This document shows positions 1 through 13,012 of a stretch of 64,000 nucleotides of DNA, piece by piece. The DNA lies in assembly GCF_003704095.1 (NCBI RefSeq), contig NW_020844031.1, positions 248,001-312,000 of the forward strand. The letters run 5' to 3'. The translations under genes and the position numbers were made by a program. The DNA comes from Pocillopora damicornis (taxonomy: Eukaryota). Position 1 is the stretch's first letter. Every line of letters begins with the position of its first letter. The notes below the pieces were generated by a model, which saw only the letters and a program-made list of their open reading frames with translations, did not search any database and was not told the DNA's origin.

Positions 1-702
1 CATTGTGTTCTTCTTGGCTTTAAATTATCTGAAAAAACCGCAATGAAGAACAACAATTTCTATAAGACATATAGGAATACACCTATTTACAATAAAATAG
101 GAGTCGCACGAAAGGGTAATTTGACTGATAACGTGTTATTTTATATCCACAACGAAACATCATATCCCTGATTGGTCAATGATCAATACAAAATGTGTTA
201 TAGTATGCCGACTCATTTGTTACAACAGCTAAACCAGCAAAGAGTGCGTTCTGCATAAAGTACACGCCCCTGACAACTTGAGTGACGTGCTTCAGGTGTA
301 TATTGCGATTCTTCCTTTCCATAACAATACATACAAGTTGAGATATAATGTTTAAGACGTGCAACAAATACCAATTTCCGAGAGAGGCCCGATGGTTTCT
401 GAGAATATGATAATAGTGCCGTTAAATACGTTGTTACAAAGATATTACATTAAACTTTTGTTTTACTAAGGTGTTCAGAGGGCAAGATAACTCAAAGATC
501 TTTAAAATGAACTCGTTTATCAGAAGCTGACTTGTATATTAAATATGAGGAGGTCACCAATTATGGATAAAGAACGGATTTTCGACAGGCCCAAAAATCT
601 TGAGCTAAGAGTTCAAGATGCTCTAATCTTAACGTATCTACGTTTGCTCCTTCAACGCCAGTTACGGGGTTTCCACTAAAGAGTCGCAAAGCGTTACATT
701 AA

Positions 703-3246
703 TTAACGGACATAGATCTTCCAAAAGTCGCCGCGTGTCAAATCTTTTAGACTGTCATCACAATCCCATCTGTCAAGGACTGGCGAAGTGACCCAATGAT
801 GGTGAGCAAAAATGAATGCTGAGTATATATACAGCTCCTTTTGCCCTTGATGTCCCCATTTTCCAACATGATACGCGCCGTTTTCCCTCCCCCATTCTGC
901 GCATCTACTTGCAAGGACTGAGTTGTCTCCCTTGAGTTTTTCGAATGAACCACAGGCTTTGGGAAAAACGTCGGTATCACCACCGAAAAACCTAACTACA
1001 GCTTCACCAGAGCTGTTCGCGGCCGTTTTGACATGAAACGTTCGTCCATATTGCTGTTTACGGCAGTGGAATCTCAGCTGAGTGAAAGATATGCGGGATC
1101 TCAGCTCTCGCATACCGTCAGGAGAGAGAACCATTCTATTGCTGCTGTAACGACTGACTCCTGCATATGTCTTTTCAATGGTCAAGCTGGTCGGGGGCAC
1201 AGTTCCTCCAGCAATAACATTATAGATCAGGAGCCAGCCTCCTGCCAGAAATTAAAAAAGAAAATGAGAATCACATTTCTTGGGAGACCGCCAACATCTC
1301 TTCCATGACCCTCTGTTGTTCTTACAATAAAAAGGTGGGCTGCTTCGAGTTATGCCATTGCACCACGGCGCAAAGGTACTATTATCTACTTAGAGAAGAC
1401 AAGATAGCAGAACAATTTTGTTGGCTTGTTATTACCTCAGTGGCTCCAGATTGAAACCGTGCTTCGACCACAAGCTGGAGTTTTTCTCTTTATTTCAGTT
1501 CGTACTACTCTGCAAGTGTTTGGCTCCAGCCTTTTGAAACTTTCACTTGAAATGCAGGCCTCACCTTAAACTCCTCCCCTAACGCAAATGTTTTCGTTTG
1601 TCCACGTTTTTCAGTAGCATTCTTTGAATGTTTTTTCTGTATTTAATTATTTTGCAGTATGTTTTGTTTTTTTTTCCTCGGGTGCAAACACCCCGACGGT
1701 TTGCCCCTGCAGCGTTGTTCTTCTATATACGACCAATATTGCAGAAAAGAGTTATTTACAGTGCTTACCTCCATCAGTTGTCATGTCACAAAATACTTTT
1801 AAAGAACTTCCATTTTTCTCAGGGTCGATCCAGTACTCTCTGTCTCCTTTAGAGTCCCCAGCTTCCAAAATCTGCTTGCAGGACAGAGCAGGATGACGGG
1901 AAGACCAGCCAGGTACAGCTGCGAAATTAAATATGTACTATTCTTTAATGTCGTGGTTTAGGGTCAATAACAAATAATTTCGGATGTCCTTACAGGAATT
2001 ACCAGGCTGATTGAAATATAAGCCTCTGGTAGCTGAAAAGGAAATGAGCTTTGATCTTGATGGGTTTATTAATCCTCACACACCAGTTAAGACGCTGAAA
2101 AAAGGGAAAAAAGGTATGCGCAAACTTGCATATGGCTGTCCGCATTTATCTTCAGAAATGGGTTTTAAAAGGAGTCTTCAATTGAAAATTTACACTATCC
2201 TCATAGCACTTAATAGTCATGTATTTCGTTTAACAGCGTCTAAAGTAGAACTTTTCAAGAACAGTCTCACCACTTACGTGTTTCACAATGTTTTCCTTTG
2301 TATTCCGGATGACACTGGCCCCTTTTAGTTGTTTTTTTTCGCCCGCGAGAAACATCCAAGCAGGAGGCCTGAATAGTAAACAGAAAGGTGAACTTTTTTC
2401 TTCCCGTTCTGCCATCGATCGTTGTTCAGAGTAAACAAGGCTTGTTTTCTCGTTATCAGTATTCAGACGCTTAATGTGCGTTTTCAAAAAAAACGTTGCC
2501 ATTACACTAATGTCAACACTCAGAACACGCTATACAAGCAGAAAGGAAACCTTTTGGTTCTTGCGTTGTTGCAAAACGGGAATTGCAAAATGATGAAGAT
2601 AGCTAAGACTCGCTTGGAGAAAAGTTTGCCCGAGATTTTTAACTGTCTGGTGTTCTGTTTACGAAGTGAACGCCTATTTATAAGCCAATAACAATTGATT
2701 CTCCCAGTTTTCATTAGTATATAGCAGTAGTTCCGAAACATTGTTCTTGGCAGTGAATTACATAGGAAAGTTATCAACAAACCTGCTCAACCTAGAACCC
2801 ACCTGAACAGAGCTATAGTATGTAGATCCTTTCTTCTTTTTAAAATGACCTGGCTTCATCTGCCGTGTTTTGTTATTCAACTCACAGCTATGTTTTCCAC
2901 TGCCTTCACCGCGATGAACATTGATCGACTTACAGCTGTTACTTCCCATACATTTTAACTGGCATTCAAACTCGTCCACAACAACAGTGGTCTGGATAAC
3001 ATGACCTACCAAGGCATGGTCTGAAAGGCAAAAAAGCGTTCTTTGTAGTTACTAGCTAAAGAAAGAGAGTATAAGAATGTTTTTTTCTTTTTTTTTGTTT
3101 TGGTTTTTTTTTTTTTGAAGTATTTACTCACCGACTTGAGTTTCAGAAACGCTTCCACAAAAGTCTTTGTTTGCCAGGACAAACGGGATTCTCAAAAGGA
3201 TGTAAAGAGCAACAATCGTAAACTGGGTAAGCCACAGAACAGCCAT
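703..3246 (-). CDS. Secreted PAN/Apple + degenerate EGF + fibrinogen-N-like + uncharacterised C-terminal domain protein, copy A. Exons 3246-3132, 3020-2803, 2368-2278, 1918-1769, 1241-703
   Basis: Five GT-AG exons join in frame: signal peptide MAVLWLTQFTIVALYILLRIPFVLA; PAN-like exon (ECQLKC...CKSINV...CELNNKT...YY); EGF-like tail CHPEYKGKHCET; fibrinogen-N motif SCKQI...EYWIDP...VFCDMTTDGGGWLL; last exon ends DFWKIYVR*. Confidence 0.85.
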
Positions 3247-3571
3247 ACTAAAATTGGCCCTTTTATCTTGTCGAGGTGGAGCTCCTTAGTTTTCTTATTG
3301 CATATCAGCTTTCTTATATTTGCCTTCCTTTGTAAGCAGAGCGTCATTGACTCACAATTGAAATACTTATTATCTATAATTCATGATTCCTTTTTATTCA
3401 TCGCTTTACTAAAGCAATGATTGCTCTTCAGTTTGCATGAAAATGTCTTTTGTTCGTCGCAGTAATAGAAAAGTTTGTTTCTATTTTTATCACTATCATT
3501 GATATTATAATTCGCCAAATCAACAGAGTGACTTTTGTTTTGGGGAATTTCCAATTAACGGGTCGACTTAC

Positions 3572-3593
3572 GAGAAACATCTACGCAGGAAGC
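3572..3593 (-). pseudogene. Orphan 22-nt micro-exon homologous to the start of exon 3 of the PAN/FReD family
   Basis: Minus strand reads ttaattatgtcag|GCTTCCTGCGTAGATGTTTCTC|gtaagt (ASCVDVS), versus ASCLDVS in copy A exon 3, with the same 0-to-1 phases. Confidence 0.5.
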
Positions 3594-4329
3594 CTGACAT
3601 AATTAAAACAAAGTAAAAGAAAATTGATAATTTCACTTTGCTTTTATTAACATGGCATCGAGAAGACAAAAACTCATCCATTTCATCCTTTGAGTAACTT
3701 TTTTTCTCTTAATTAAGTAACAAGTGGATTACATCTATTTAGCTCTGATCACCTTATATCACTTAAAAGTAACGAATAGCCGTTCAAAATCATACACTCT
3801 TTTTAAACCAAAGAACTACTGAGAACGTCGATACAGATGCCGAGAACATACCAAAAACGTAATTATCCTGAGAGTTAAAGATGAAGCGTACCTAATAATT
3901 TGCATTAGACTGCAAACTTTTCGTGAACAGCTGACATTACCAACTCGTGCCTCAATACATAATCTTTGCAGAAAAGGAACGGATACATATGACATACCTT
4001 TAAACGCTACGTATGTACGAATTAAGTTCCGAATTTCTCTGCCTTGTAACCTATAAAATTAACAAGATCGTTTTATGCTCAACGAGAAAGACGAAATGAA
4101 GACCCCCCATATTTGCTTCGCCTTTAGCAGCCAAATTAGTTAGAGCTGTATTTTTTTAGCACTCAAGAACTAAAACTGTTCTCGGCTTCGCCTCGAGCAA
4201 CTCTTACGCTTTTCTCGGGAATGCATCTGTTTAATCATAAATAACAAATAGAGAAGCCTTGACTGTACTCTCTTATGTTGTAGATCACGCAGGAGCGGCC
4301 AAAGCACGAAAGAAGCAGGAAGAAAGAAT

Positions 4330-4475
4330 ACTTAAAATTCCCCACAAGTTATTTTCAATTTCCAAAAGTAGGGAGAAAGACTCCTTAAAATTTCCCACAC
4401 ACTACTTTCAATTTTCAAAAGTAGAGAGAAAGAATCCTTAAAACTTCCCACACATTACTTTCAATTTTCAAAACA
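4330..4475. repeat. About 3 copies of a ~50-53 bp tandem repeat
   Basis: cttaaaattccccaca...tttcaattt(t/c)caaaagtag(g/a)gagaaaga is repeated. Confidence 0.7.
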
Positions 4476-7238
4476 AAATTTATTGTCAAAGCGAACAACA
4501 GTGTCGTCAGCATGCTCCGTGCTGTCAGAAAGCTCCCTACAATCCAATAGGAATCCTTGTTATAATGGTTCGAATAATCAGATTGGTTGACGAGACTAAA
4601 GCTGTCAAAAAATGTCAAACCATCCCAGTTCACAACCATCAAAGTTCACAATCTGCAAAAGTTTACAAACTGAAATAGTTGGGCAGGTCGAATTTACCAT
4701 TTTTGCCTGAAGTTTTTCTCTAATGTTAGTCTGAAGTTAGTCTCTAATGCAGAATCTGAAACTGAAATGTTCGGTGAAATCCGGCCAAATTGTCAGAGAA
4801 CAAACTGCTCAAGGCGTGTGTTCTATGAATGAACGACAGCCGAATTCACAGGAACATGAAGATTGTTTGGAATGACAGCGCCGCACAACTCGGCTGCTGT
4901 GACTGATGTGGCCATCCACTCAATTCATCGGAAAGGATATCAGAGCAAGCTCTTAGTTGTTTACTCGAAGGGCGGGCGATGTAATTTCTGAGGCTTTCTT
5001 CACTACGTTTACCGGAGATCGCCGTGATGGTCCAGCCGCGATGGACCTCAGCATGATCGCAGTCCCTCTGGCACCTTCATGATTAGTATGAAATTTAACA
5101 GTTGTGCCAGTTTGGCTATATTTTTCATCATTTCTGTTTTGTTCTGTTTTGTTTTGAACACAAAACTCTATATAATACAACACTGTCAACTGTGTTTGAT
5201 TTTTATTACCGTACATAAGCTTGCTATCTAACTGAGTAAGAAAACCTTGGAAACTCGGTCTGTTCATTTTTCGTCTCTGCTTGCGTTGTAATAACGTAAA
5301 TTACGGCGCTTGGCATGCTTACAAACCTTTGTTTCACGCTCTTTCAACAAATGACAGTGCGCTCTTTTTCAGTTAATTTTATTGTCTTTTTTAATGCTTT
5401 TGAGGGCTTGTTTTCCTCTCCTTTTTAGAAAAGCGTTTGTTTTCTTTTTTCCATAAGCAAAATTGCGAGCCTAGTTATGTTTTTTTTCTTTTTTGAAGGA
5501 GTTAACAAACTTCTCAAAATTTTCACAACATTTCGAAAGCAACCTTAATGGTTCGAATGGTCCAAAGTATTTGATTGGCTAATGAGAGAACAGCTGTCAA
5601 TCACAAAGTGAACCTTACCCATCATGTCAATTTCAATTGGCTTTTGGAGTGGAGACCCATCAAGTTCGTTTTATAATTGAATTTAAAAAATTAACAAAAC
5701 TTCATTTCTCTTGTCCGGTGGCATGGAATTCAGCCAAGTTGTGGCTCACGAAAACGTGCACTTTTTCGGTAAACAATTACGAAACAAAAGGCTAAAAACC
5801 TGCGGATGGAAAATTGCAGTAAGATTGACCGAACCTGCGACAGGTGGGAAGATCTGAAAGCTGCCTTTCTGTCTGGAGGAAATGTTATAGCGACTTTTCA
5901 GTTGATAAGTCGTTAAAAATTCAACTTGACAACATATGAATATAATCCATAATCCAATATATCATTATGTATGATATATTGGCTTATTCGCTGTAGGTTC
6001 AAACACCCGTGAAAACATGCATTTCGAAGTAAAATACGTCGGGAGAATCTTGTGCTCTTGAACCTCACAGCCATTGTTCTCGTGTAGTGACGATGGAAAC
6101 AATAAGCATCAAAGCGCACAATCAATTCCCGCCATACGTTACCATGTGGGGAAGTCCTAAAAATAGTTCATTATTGTTGATTTAAACTTCCGCTTTCAAT
6201 GCCATAATAATAATGTGTGAGTAAAAATGAAAACAAAAATGGAAACTGTCAACTAAGTTTCGTGTTTATTCCCAAGTCTAAGGATCCGCTTTCAGAGGAA
6301 AAAATTAACAAACAAAGTTGAAAATAAATATCAACAAGATAAACACATCCCTCTAGATGGAGGTAAATATGAATGAACTGAACTATTGGTTTCATGATCA
6401 CAAGGCTAAAAGAGAATCATACACAGCACTACAATCTGTTGAGCTTAAATTTACTTCGGAAAATGGCAACTGCAATAAGTGCTCTAAATTCCAGCTCCTT
6501 TCCACTCATGTGTACCTAACGTTTCTTGCTTTTTCAATACTTCATTATGTACTTGGCTTTAATTTATCTGAAAATCCGCGATGAACAGCAACATTTTCTA
6601 CGAGACATGTAGGAATACACCTATTTACAATAAAAAAAGATCGAATGATCTTTTCAGAAGTCGCATGGAAGGGTCATTTGACTGATAAATTGTTATTTAA
6701 TACCAACAATGAAACGCTTCAACCCTAACTGGTCAATGATCGATACAAAATGTGTTATAGTATGCCGACTTATTGTTATAATGGCAAAACCAACAAAGAG
6801 TGCGGGCTGCATATAAAGTACACGCCCTGACAACTTGAGTGACGTGCTTCAAGTATGTATTGCGATTCTTCCTATCCATAATAACACAAAAAAGTTGAGA
6901 AATAATGTCTAAGATATGCAGAAAATACCAATTCCCAAGAGGGGCCCGACGGTTGCCTTTAGATACGCTGTTACTAAGATATTACATTAAATTTTTGTTT
7001 TGTCAAGTTGTTAAGATGATGAGTTGATTCAAAGATCTTTAAAATTAACTCGTTCATCAATGATGACTTGTACATTAGATTTGAGAAGGTCACCAATTAC
7101 GGATAAAGAACGGATTTTCGACGGGCGCAAAAATCTTAAGCTAACAGTTCAAGATGCTCTAATCTTAAAGTATGTTCGTTTGCTCCTTCAACGCCAGTTA
7201 CGGGGTTTCCACTAATGAGTCGCAAAGCGTTGCATTAA

Positions 7239-10226
7239 TTAACGGACATAAATCTTCCAAAAGTCGCCGCGCGTCAAATCGTTCCGATAGTCATCACATT
7301 CCCATCTGCCATGGCCTGGCCACGTGGCCCAATGACAGTAATTTGCAATGAATGCTGAGTACATATACAGCTCCTTATTCCCTTCATGTCCCCATTTTCC
7401 AACATGAAACACGCCGTTTTCCTTCCCCCATTCAACGCATTTACTTGCAAGGACTGAGTTGTCTCCCTTAAGTTTCTCAAATGAGCCACAGGCTTTGGGA
7501 AAAACGTCGGTATCACCGCCGAAAAACCCGACTACAGCTTCACCAGAGCTGTTCGCGGCCGTTTTGACATGAAACGTTCGTCCATGTTGCCGTTTACGGC
7601 AGTGGAATCTCAGCTGAGTGAAAGACATGCGGGATCTCAGCTCTCGCATACCGTCAGGAGAGAGAACCATTCTGTTGCTGCTGTAGCGACTGACTCCTGC
7701 ATATGTCTCTTCAATATTCAAATTGGTGGGGGGCACAGTTCCTCCAGCAATAACGTTATAGATTAGGAGCCAGCCTCCTGCCAAATATTAAAAAAAAAAT
7801 GTGAACCGCGTTTCTTCGGAGACCGGAAACAGCTCTTCCACGACTCACTGTTGTTTTCACAATAAAAAATGGGCTACTTCTAGGTATGTCTTTGCGCCAC
7901 GGCGCAAAGGCACGGTCTCTCCCTCCACCTACCGGCCTTATCGATTTAAAGAAGAAAAGATAGTAGAATGGTTTTGTTCGCTTGTTATAACCTCAACGGC
8001 TCCAGATTGAAACCATGCTTTAACCACAAACTGGAGTTTTTCGCTGTTTTTCAGCTCCTGCTACTCTGAAGGAGTCTTAAAAAAATCCTGCTGGTTTGGG
8101 TCCAGCATTTTGGAACTTTCACTTGAAATGCGGGCCACACCTTAAACTCCTACCCTAAAACAGATGTTTTTGTTTGTCTTCTTTTGTCTGTAGCATTCTT
8201 TGAATGTTTTTTTTCTGTATTTAATCATTATTCAGTATGCTTTGGTTTTTTTTTTTTTCTTCTCAGGTTCAAATACCACAAGTGTTTACCTCTGCAGCCT
8301 TGCTGTTCAATACACAGTCAAAATTGCGGAAAAGAGTTATTTGCAGTGCTTACCTCCATCAGTTGTCATGTCACAAAATACTTTTAAAGAACTTCCATTT
8401 TTCTCAGGGTCGATCCAGTACTCCCCGTCTCCTTTTGAGTCTCCAGCTTCCAAAATCTGCTTGCAGGACAGAGCAGGATGACGGGAAGACCAGCCAGGTA
8501 CAGCTGCGAATTTAAATATGTTTTATTTTTTAGTGTCATGGTTCAGGGTCAATTGCCAAATAATTTCGCTTTGAAGAATAGTTGTGCTATGTTTTTATCC
8601 ATTCGGACCATCTTGGTCGCGGATGGCTGTTCTTGGTCAGCAGAGTAATATAGACATGGAGGATGTGAGATATTTAGGACCATTTACTTATGCAGTCAAA
8701 CGTAAATTTCTTCTTGGTGTAGCTGTACCGAATGAGATGTGAATCACGACACACCCGTGTATGTGTTTCTGTCTGTTTCTGTTTTGGAAGTTGAAAACAT
8801 GGAGTGTTTCTCACGTGTTAGGCAGCCTTTCCCTTTGCGTCCTGGATGATAATGGCCGGAGTTTCTCGCTGCTTTCTCATCGTAAAAAACTTCGATGCAG
8901 GAAATCTACGTTGAAAAAGATTCGGAACATATTATACCGGTCAAATGTAATTATTAAACGTCTCCAAATGTTTAGTGAACAGTTTTAAAAATTTTTTCAA
9001 TTTTTTCGAAGTTTTTATGTACTTTGATGACGTTTCTATGTTCAAATAATCAAATATTGCAGTCACGGTTGCAGATTTCTAATAGTTAACTCCGATTCAT
9101 TTCTCTTTCAAGTTTAAAGTAACTAAATTATTTGAAAAGGAAATTTTGCACATTTCTCAGGAACTGAAGTATTTTCACTTCTAAGTTTCAATTGAATTGT
9201 ATTTTTTGGTAAACTTGCCGCTCATAAATAATTGAGAAACTCTTTCTAAAAATCAGAAGATAGATGGATGCAATGAGACAGAGAACTGACTCCAGTAAAC
9301 TTTGTTTAAACTTAACTCTTTCTGGACTTTTCAACGACAGGAATTAAGTTCCAATAAGCACCACTGATAAATCGATAAGCACGGAAAGTATATAGAAGAA
9401 ATTCCATCTAACCAGTTTCATTGTTTAACTGCAAAAATAATTCGTCGATTGATTTCCTCGCACGAAATAAATATCGATGACAAGGTAAACACTAAACACG
9501 AAGAAATCGTATTTTGTCATTCGAACTTTGTTGAAAAAGTTAAAAAAAAAACAAACAAACAAAAATATATATTTCCCATCGTATTTTTCCATTCGAACTT
9601 TCTTGAAAGAGCTAAAAAAACAAAAATATATGTATTTTCAGTAGTCAAAGAGCGAAAACGCGACTTCGTGAAACGGGAGTTGTCAAGATCGCCGATTAAT
9701 GAATTTAAGTATGAACCAAGAAAACGTAATTTAAAGGAATTCACGCAAACAACTGAACTTACCTGCACCAAACCGTAGTACGTAGATCCTCTCTTTCTTT
9801 TAAAATCAGCTGCTTTCATCAGTCGAGTTTTGTTGTTCAGCTCACAAATAACATCGTTTTCCTCCGGGTAAACGTTACACGATTTACAGCGGCTTTCCTT
9901 CTCAATACATTTCTCCTGGCATTCAAATTCGTTTTTAACAACACTCTTTTCCATGACATTACCAACAAGAATATGATCTAGGAGTTATGAGTACATGAAA
10001 ATCTCTTAAGAACTGGTGAATATCGCTACTGTTCTGTTTATGATTGTCTTACAAATGCAAATCGAAAGAAAAGGAATTCATTTTCTACGGGTTTTCTTTT
10101 TTTTCACTTACCAACTTGGGTTTCGAAGACGCGTCCGCATAAGTCAGAGTTTGCCATCACAGATAAAATCAGGCAGGAGATGATAAGAATTGTAAAGGCC
10201 AACTGAATCGGACCTGTATTAGCCAT
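7239..10226 (-). CDS. Secreted PAN/Apple + degenerate EGF + fibrinogen-N-like protein, copy B. Exons 10226-10112, 9977-9763, 8905-8815, 8503-8354, 7777-7239
   Basis: Same exon phases as copy A and nearly the same sizes (115/215/91/150/539). Signal peptide MANTGPIQLAFTILIISCLILSVMA. Intact frame ending DFWKIYVR*. Confidence 0.85.
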
Positions 10227-11776
10227 TGACTGATAAAGGCTTCCCTTGAACTCTTGTCGTAACTGAATCAAAACTCTTTCAACGGCAGCTTTTACAAAAG
10301 AGAGATTTCGATGTTTGTACAGAGGGGCGGTGGTTGCACCGAAAGAAATTATATTTTGCGTATGAACTCTGCCTTTTGAATTCTTTCCGCAACCTTGTAT
10401 TGTTTTAAGTTGGTTTTCTCACAATTGATAAAATAAACAAAGCTTCCTAATAATTTACGTACTGCATTATAGTTTTATAGTTTAAATCCCAAGGGGCAAA
10501 TAAGCTCAAAGTAAACTACAATGAAACTGAAAGAAACCGAAAAAAACTTTTAAAAAAATTTGTTTCTCATCGATTTAATCATCAACCACTTGACGCAAAC
10601 AAAAGAGATTCAATCTCCCACCAGGAATTTTTTTTAAAATATTTTTGTGCATAATTGTCAGTGTTGTGTTTTTTCTTAAACCCTCATAACAATTTCATAG
10701 TAATTTTTGTTTTCTTACAATCATCGTCAAGACTAGCCAGGCGAGGGGGCTATGAATATAACTCCCAACACCTGCTCTTAGTGATAATAACATACATTTC
10801 CTTTCCCATATTTCATAGTACACTAAAAAAATTGATTTTCTTTTGGTTTCCTCTCAAACGTCATTCCATGAAGACGAGTGTGATTACTCTTATCTTCATT
10901 TATCAATCCGCAATTACATTCACAGTCGTTCAAACCTCATTCCGTTGATCCTTAGATCCTCAGATGTTGTCAAAGCTGTAAAAAGGAAATTTTTCCTCAT
11001 CGCAATCACTATTCAGTTTCAGTGATAAATAATTCAATATTGATATAAATAAAATTTGAAAACATTCGGGAAATTGTATCTTCATTATTTTAATCAGTTG
11101 GAATTTTTAACCTTGCTTTGTGTCATGACATTGGAACTGAATCAATTTTAAAATATTCTCACTGATTTCCCCGGCCTTATCAGCCTGATGTGTTTTGAAT
11201 ACTGCTGATGATAGCAAATCATTATTTTTAATTATTTACGGATTTTATTCCAGTGCTCTTTGTTTAAGTTTATGTATCAATCTACAGCATTACCTCTCAG
11301 TCTGGGTTCCTTTTCAATTCTCCAAGAGTTGATAATATTCATATTTTTTCTTCTTAATTTGATTGGATGACAAAACTCGATAGCGGAACGACTCTCTACA
11401 GCAGAGATTTGCACTTTAAGGCTAAATGAACTTGCTGATACAATGGAGTACGTCAAGATATTGAATAAAGTTACCCAAAAGATTTACAAGTTACAGTCTT
11501 TAGTGCCTGCAGAAAATCGTAATGTCCAACTTTCAATACCCGCAGAAGATTGCAATGTCTGACATACAGTACCCGCTGAACATTGCCAACTTTAAGAACT
11601 TGCGCCTGAATTAACGTAACGAAGTCTTCCTTTAATCGACAATATTTTGAAAGATAATTTACTATTTACCATGTGGCAAGGTTGTAAACTTCTCACATCG
11701 TAGTTTTGAATGCTAGCGTCTCAAAAGTAAATAGAAAATGTTCTAGAATGCAGAAGTGACAAAGTTGCAAAGTTAT

Positions 11777-13012
11777 CAACGGACAGATTCTCCAGAAGTC
11801 ACCAGATGCAGCAATTTTCTCCAAAGTATTATCACATTGCCATGTGTTAGAACCTAGCCAAGTGATCCAGTGATAGCTACCCACAATGAATGCTGAGTAT
11901 ACAGACAGCTCCTTCTGCCCTTCATGTCCCCATTTTCCAACACGATACGCGCCCTTTTTTATCCCCCATTCTACGCATCTACTCGCGAGGACTGAGTTGT
12001 CTCCCTCAAGTTTCTCAAATGAACCACAAGCTTTGGGAAAAACGTCGGTATCACCGCCAAAAAAGCGACTACAGCTTCACTAGAGGCGTTAGCAGCTGTT
12101 TTGACGTGGAAAGTTCGTCCAGGTTGCTGTTTACGGCAGTGGAATCTCAGCTGATTGAAAGGTAAGATTGTTCTCAGCTCTCGGATACCGTCAGGTGAAA
12201 GAACCAGCTTGTTGTTGTAGTAACGATTGATTCCCCTGTATGACTTCTCAACATCCAAACTGATCGGGGTAGACGACTGATTTATCACAATATTATATAT
12301 CGGAAGCCAACCTCCTAGCGATAAAAAAGAAAGAAAATATTTTAAAAAGATTTAGATAAAATGGCAGGATTCCTCCTTTTTCTAAAACTATATATATTGT
12401 ATTTCCAGCGCGCAGTGGTTATACCATTAAAATCTTCTACAAGTACACCATATCGTCACGGCAACCATGGCGACTGAGGATATCATCTGAGCCTCTTTAA
12501 TTTTTTTTGTGGGCCTTTTGTAATTTCTAGACAACACCGAAGACAAATTGAACCTTTTTGATACATGGAAAAGAGATAATAAGGCGACGACTAGTTTTAT
12601 TTTTTTTCGAAAGTTGAAGGACCCATGATCTGCTTCCTAAGCACTTATCTGTTTTATTTATCTTTTATACCTAACAAATAAAATGATATTTCTAACCCCT
12701 GATTTGAGTCTGATTTAGTATTGCACTGGTTACTTAGGGTTCACTAACTCTTTTTCACACAAAAACAAATCATAATCACTTGTGCCTCATTTACACAAGG
12801 AACATTTATTTCTTCAACTTCACGGAGAAAAATTTTAATTATATTCGAAATGTTATTTCAGCACTTACCTCCATCAGTTGTCATATCACAATACACCTTT
12901 AAAGGTTTCCGTTCAAGGTCGATCCAGTACTCCCCGTTCCCTTTAGATCTTCCAATTTCCCGTATGTGCTTGCAAGATTGAGCAGGATAACTGGAATGCC
13001 AGCCAAGAAAAG
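11777..13012 (-). pseudogene. Copy C of the PAN/FReD family. Only the last two exons (13012-12869, 12314-~11777), with two frameshifts
   Basis: SCKHIREIGRSKGNGEYWIDL...VYCDMTTDGG|GWLP... There is a 1-nt loss in a T run near 12060 and a 2-nt loss in the terminal IYVR codons near 11785. No signal or PAN exons were recognised upstream. Confidence 0.75.

Noticed and set aside
747-12165. Short overlapping ORFs (e.g. 747-983, 1033-1308, 1624-1896, 7274-7516, 8200-8481, 11890-12165)
   Set aside because: These are antisense or alternate-frame shadows of real exons, and they recur only because the genes are duplicated.
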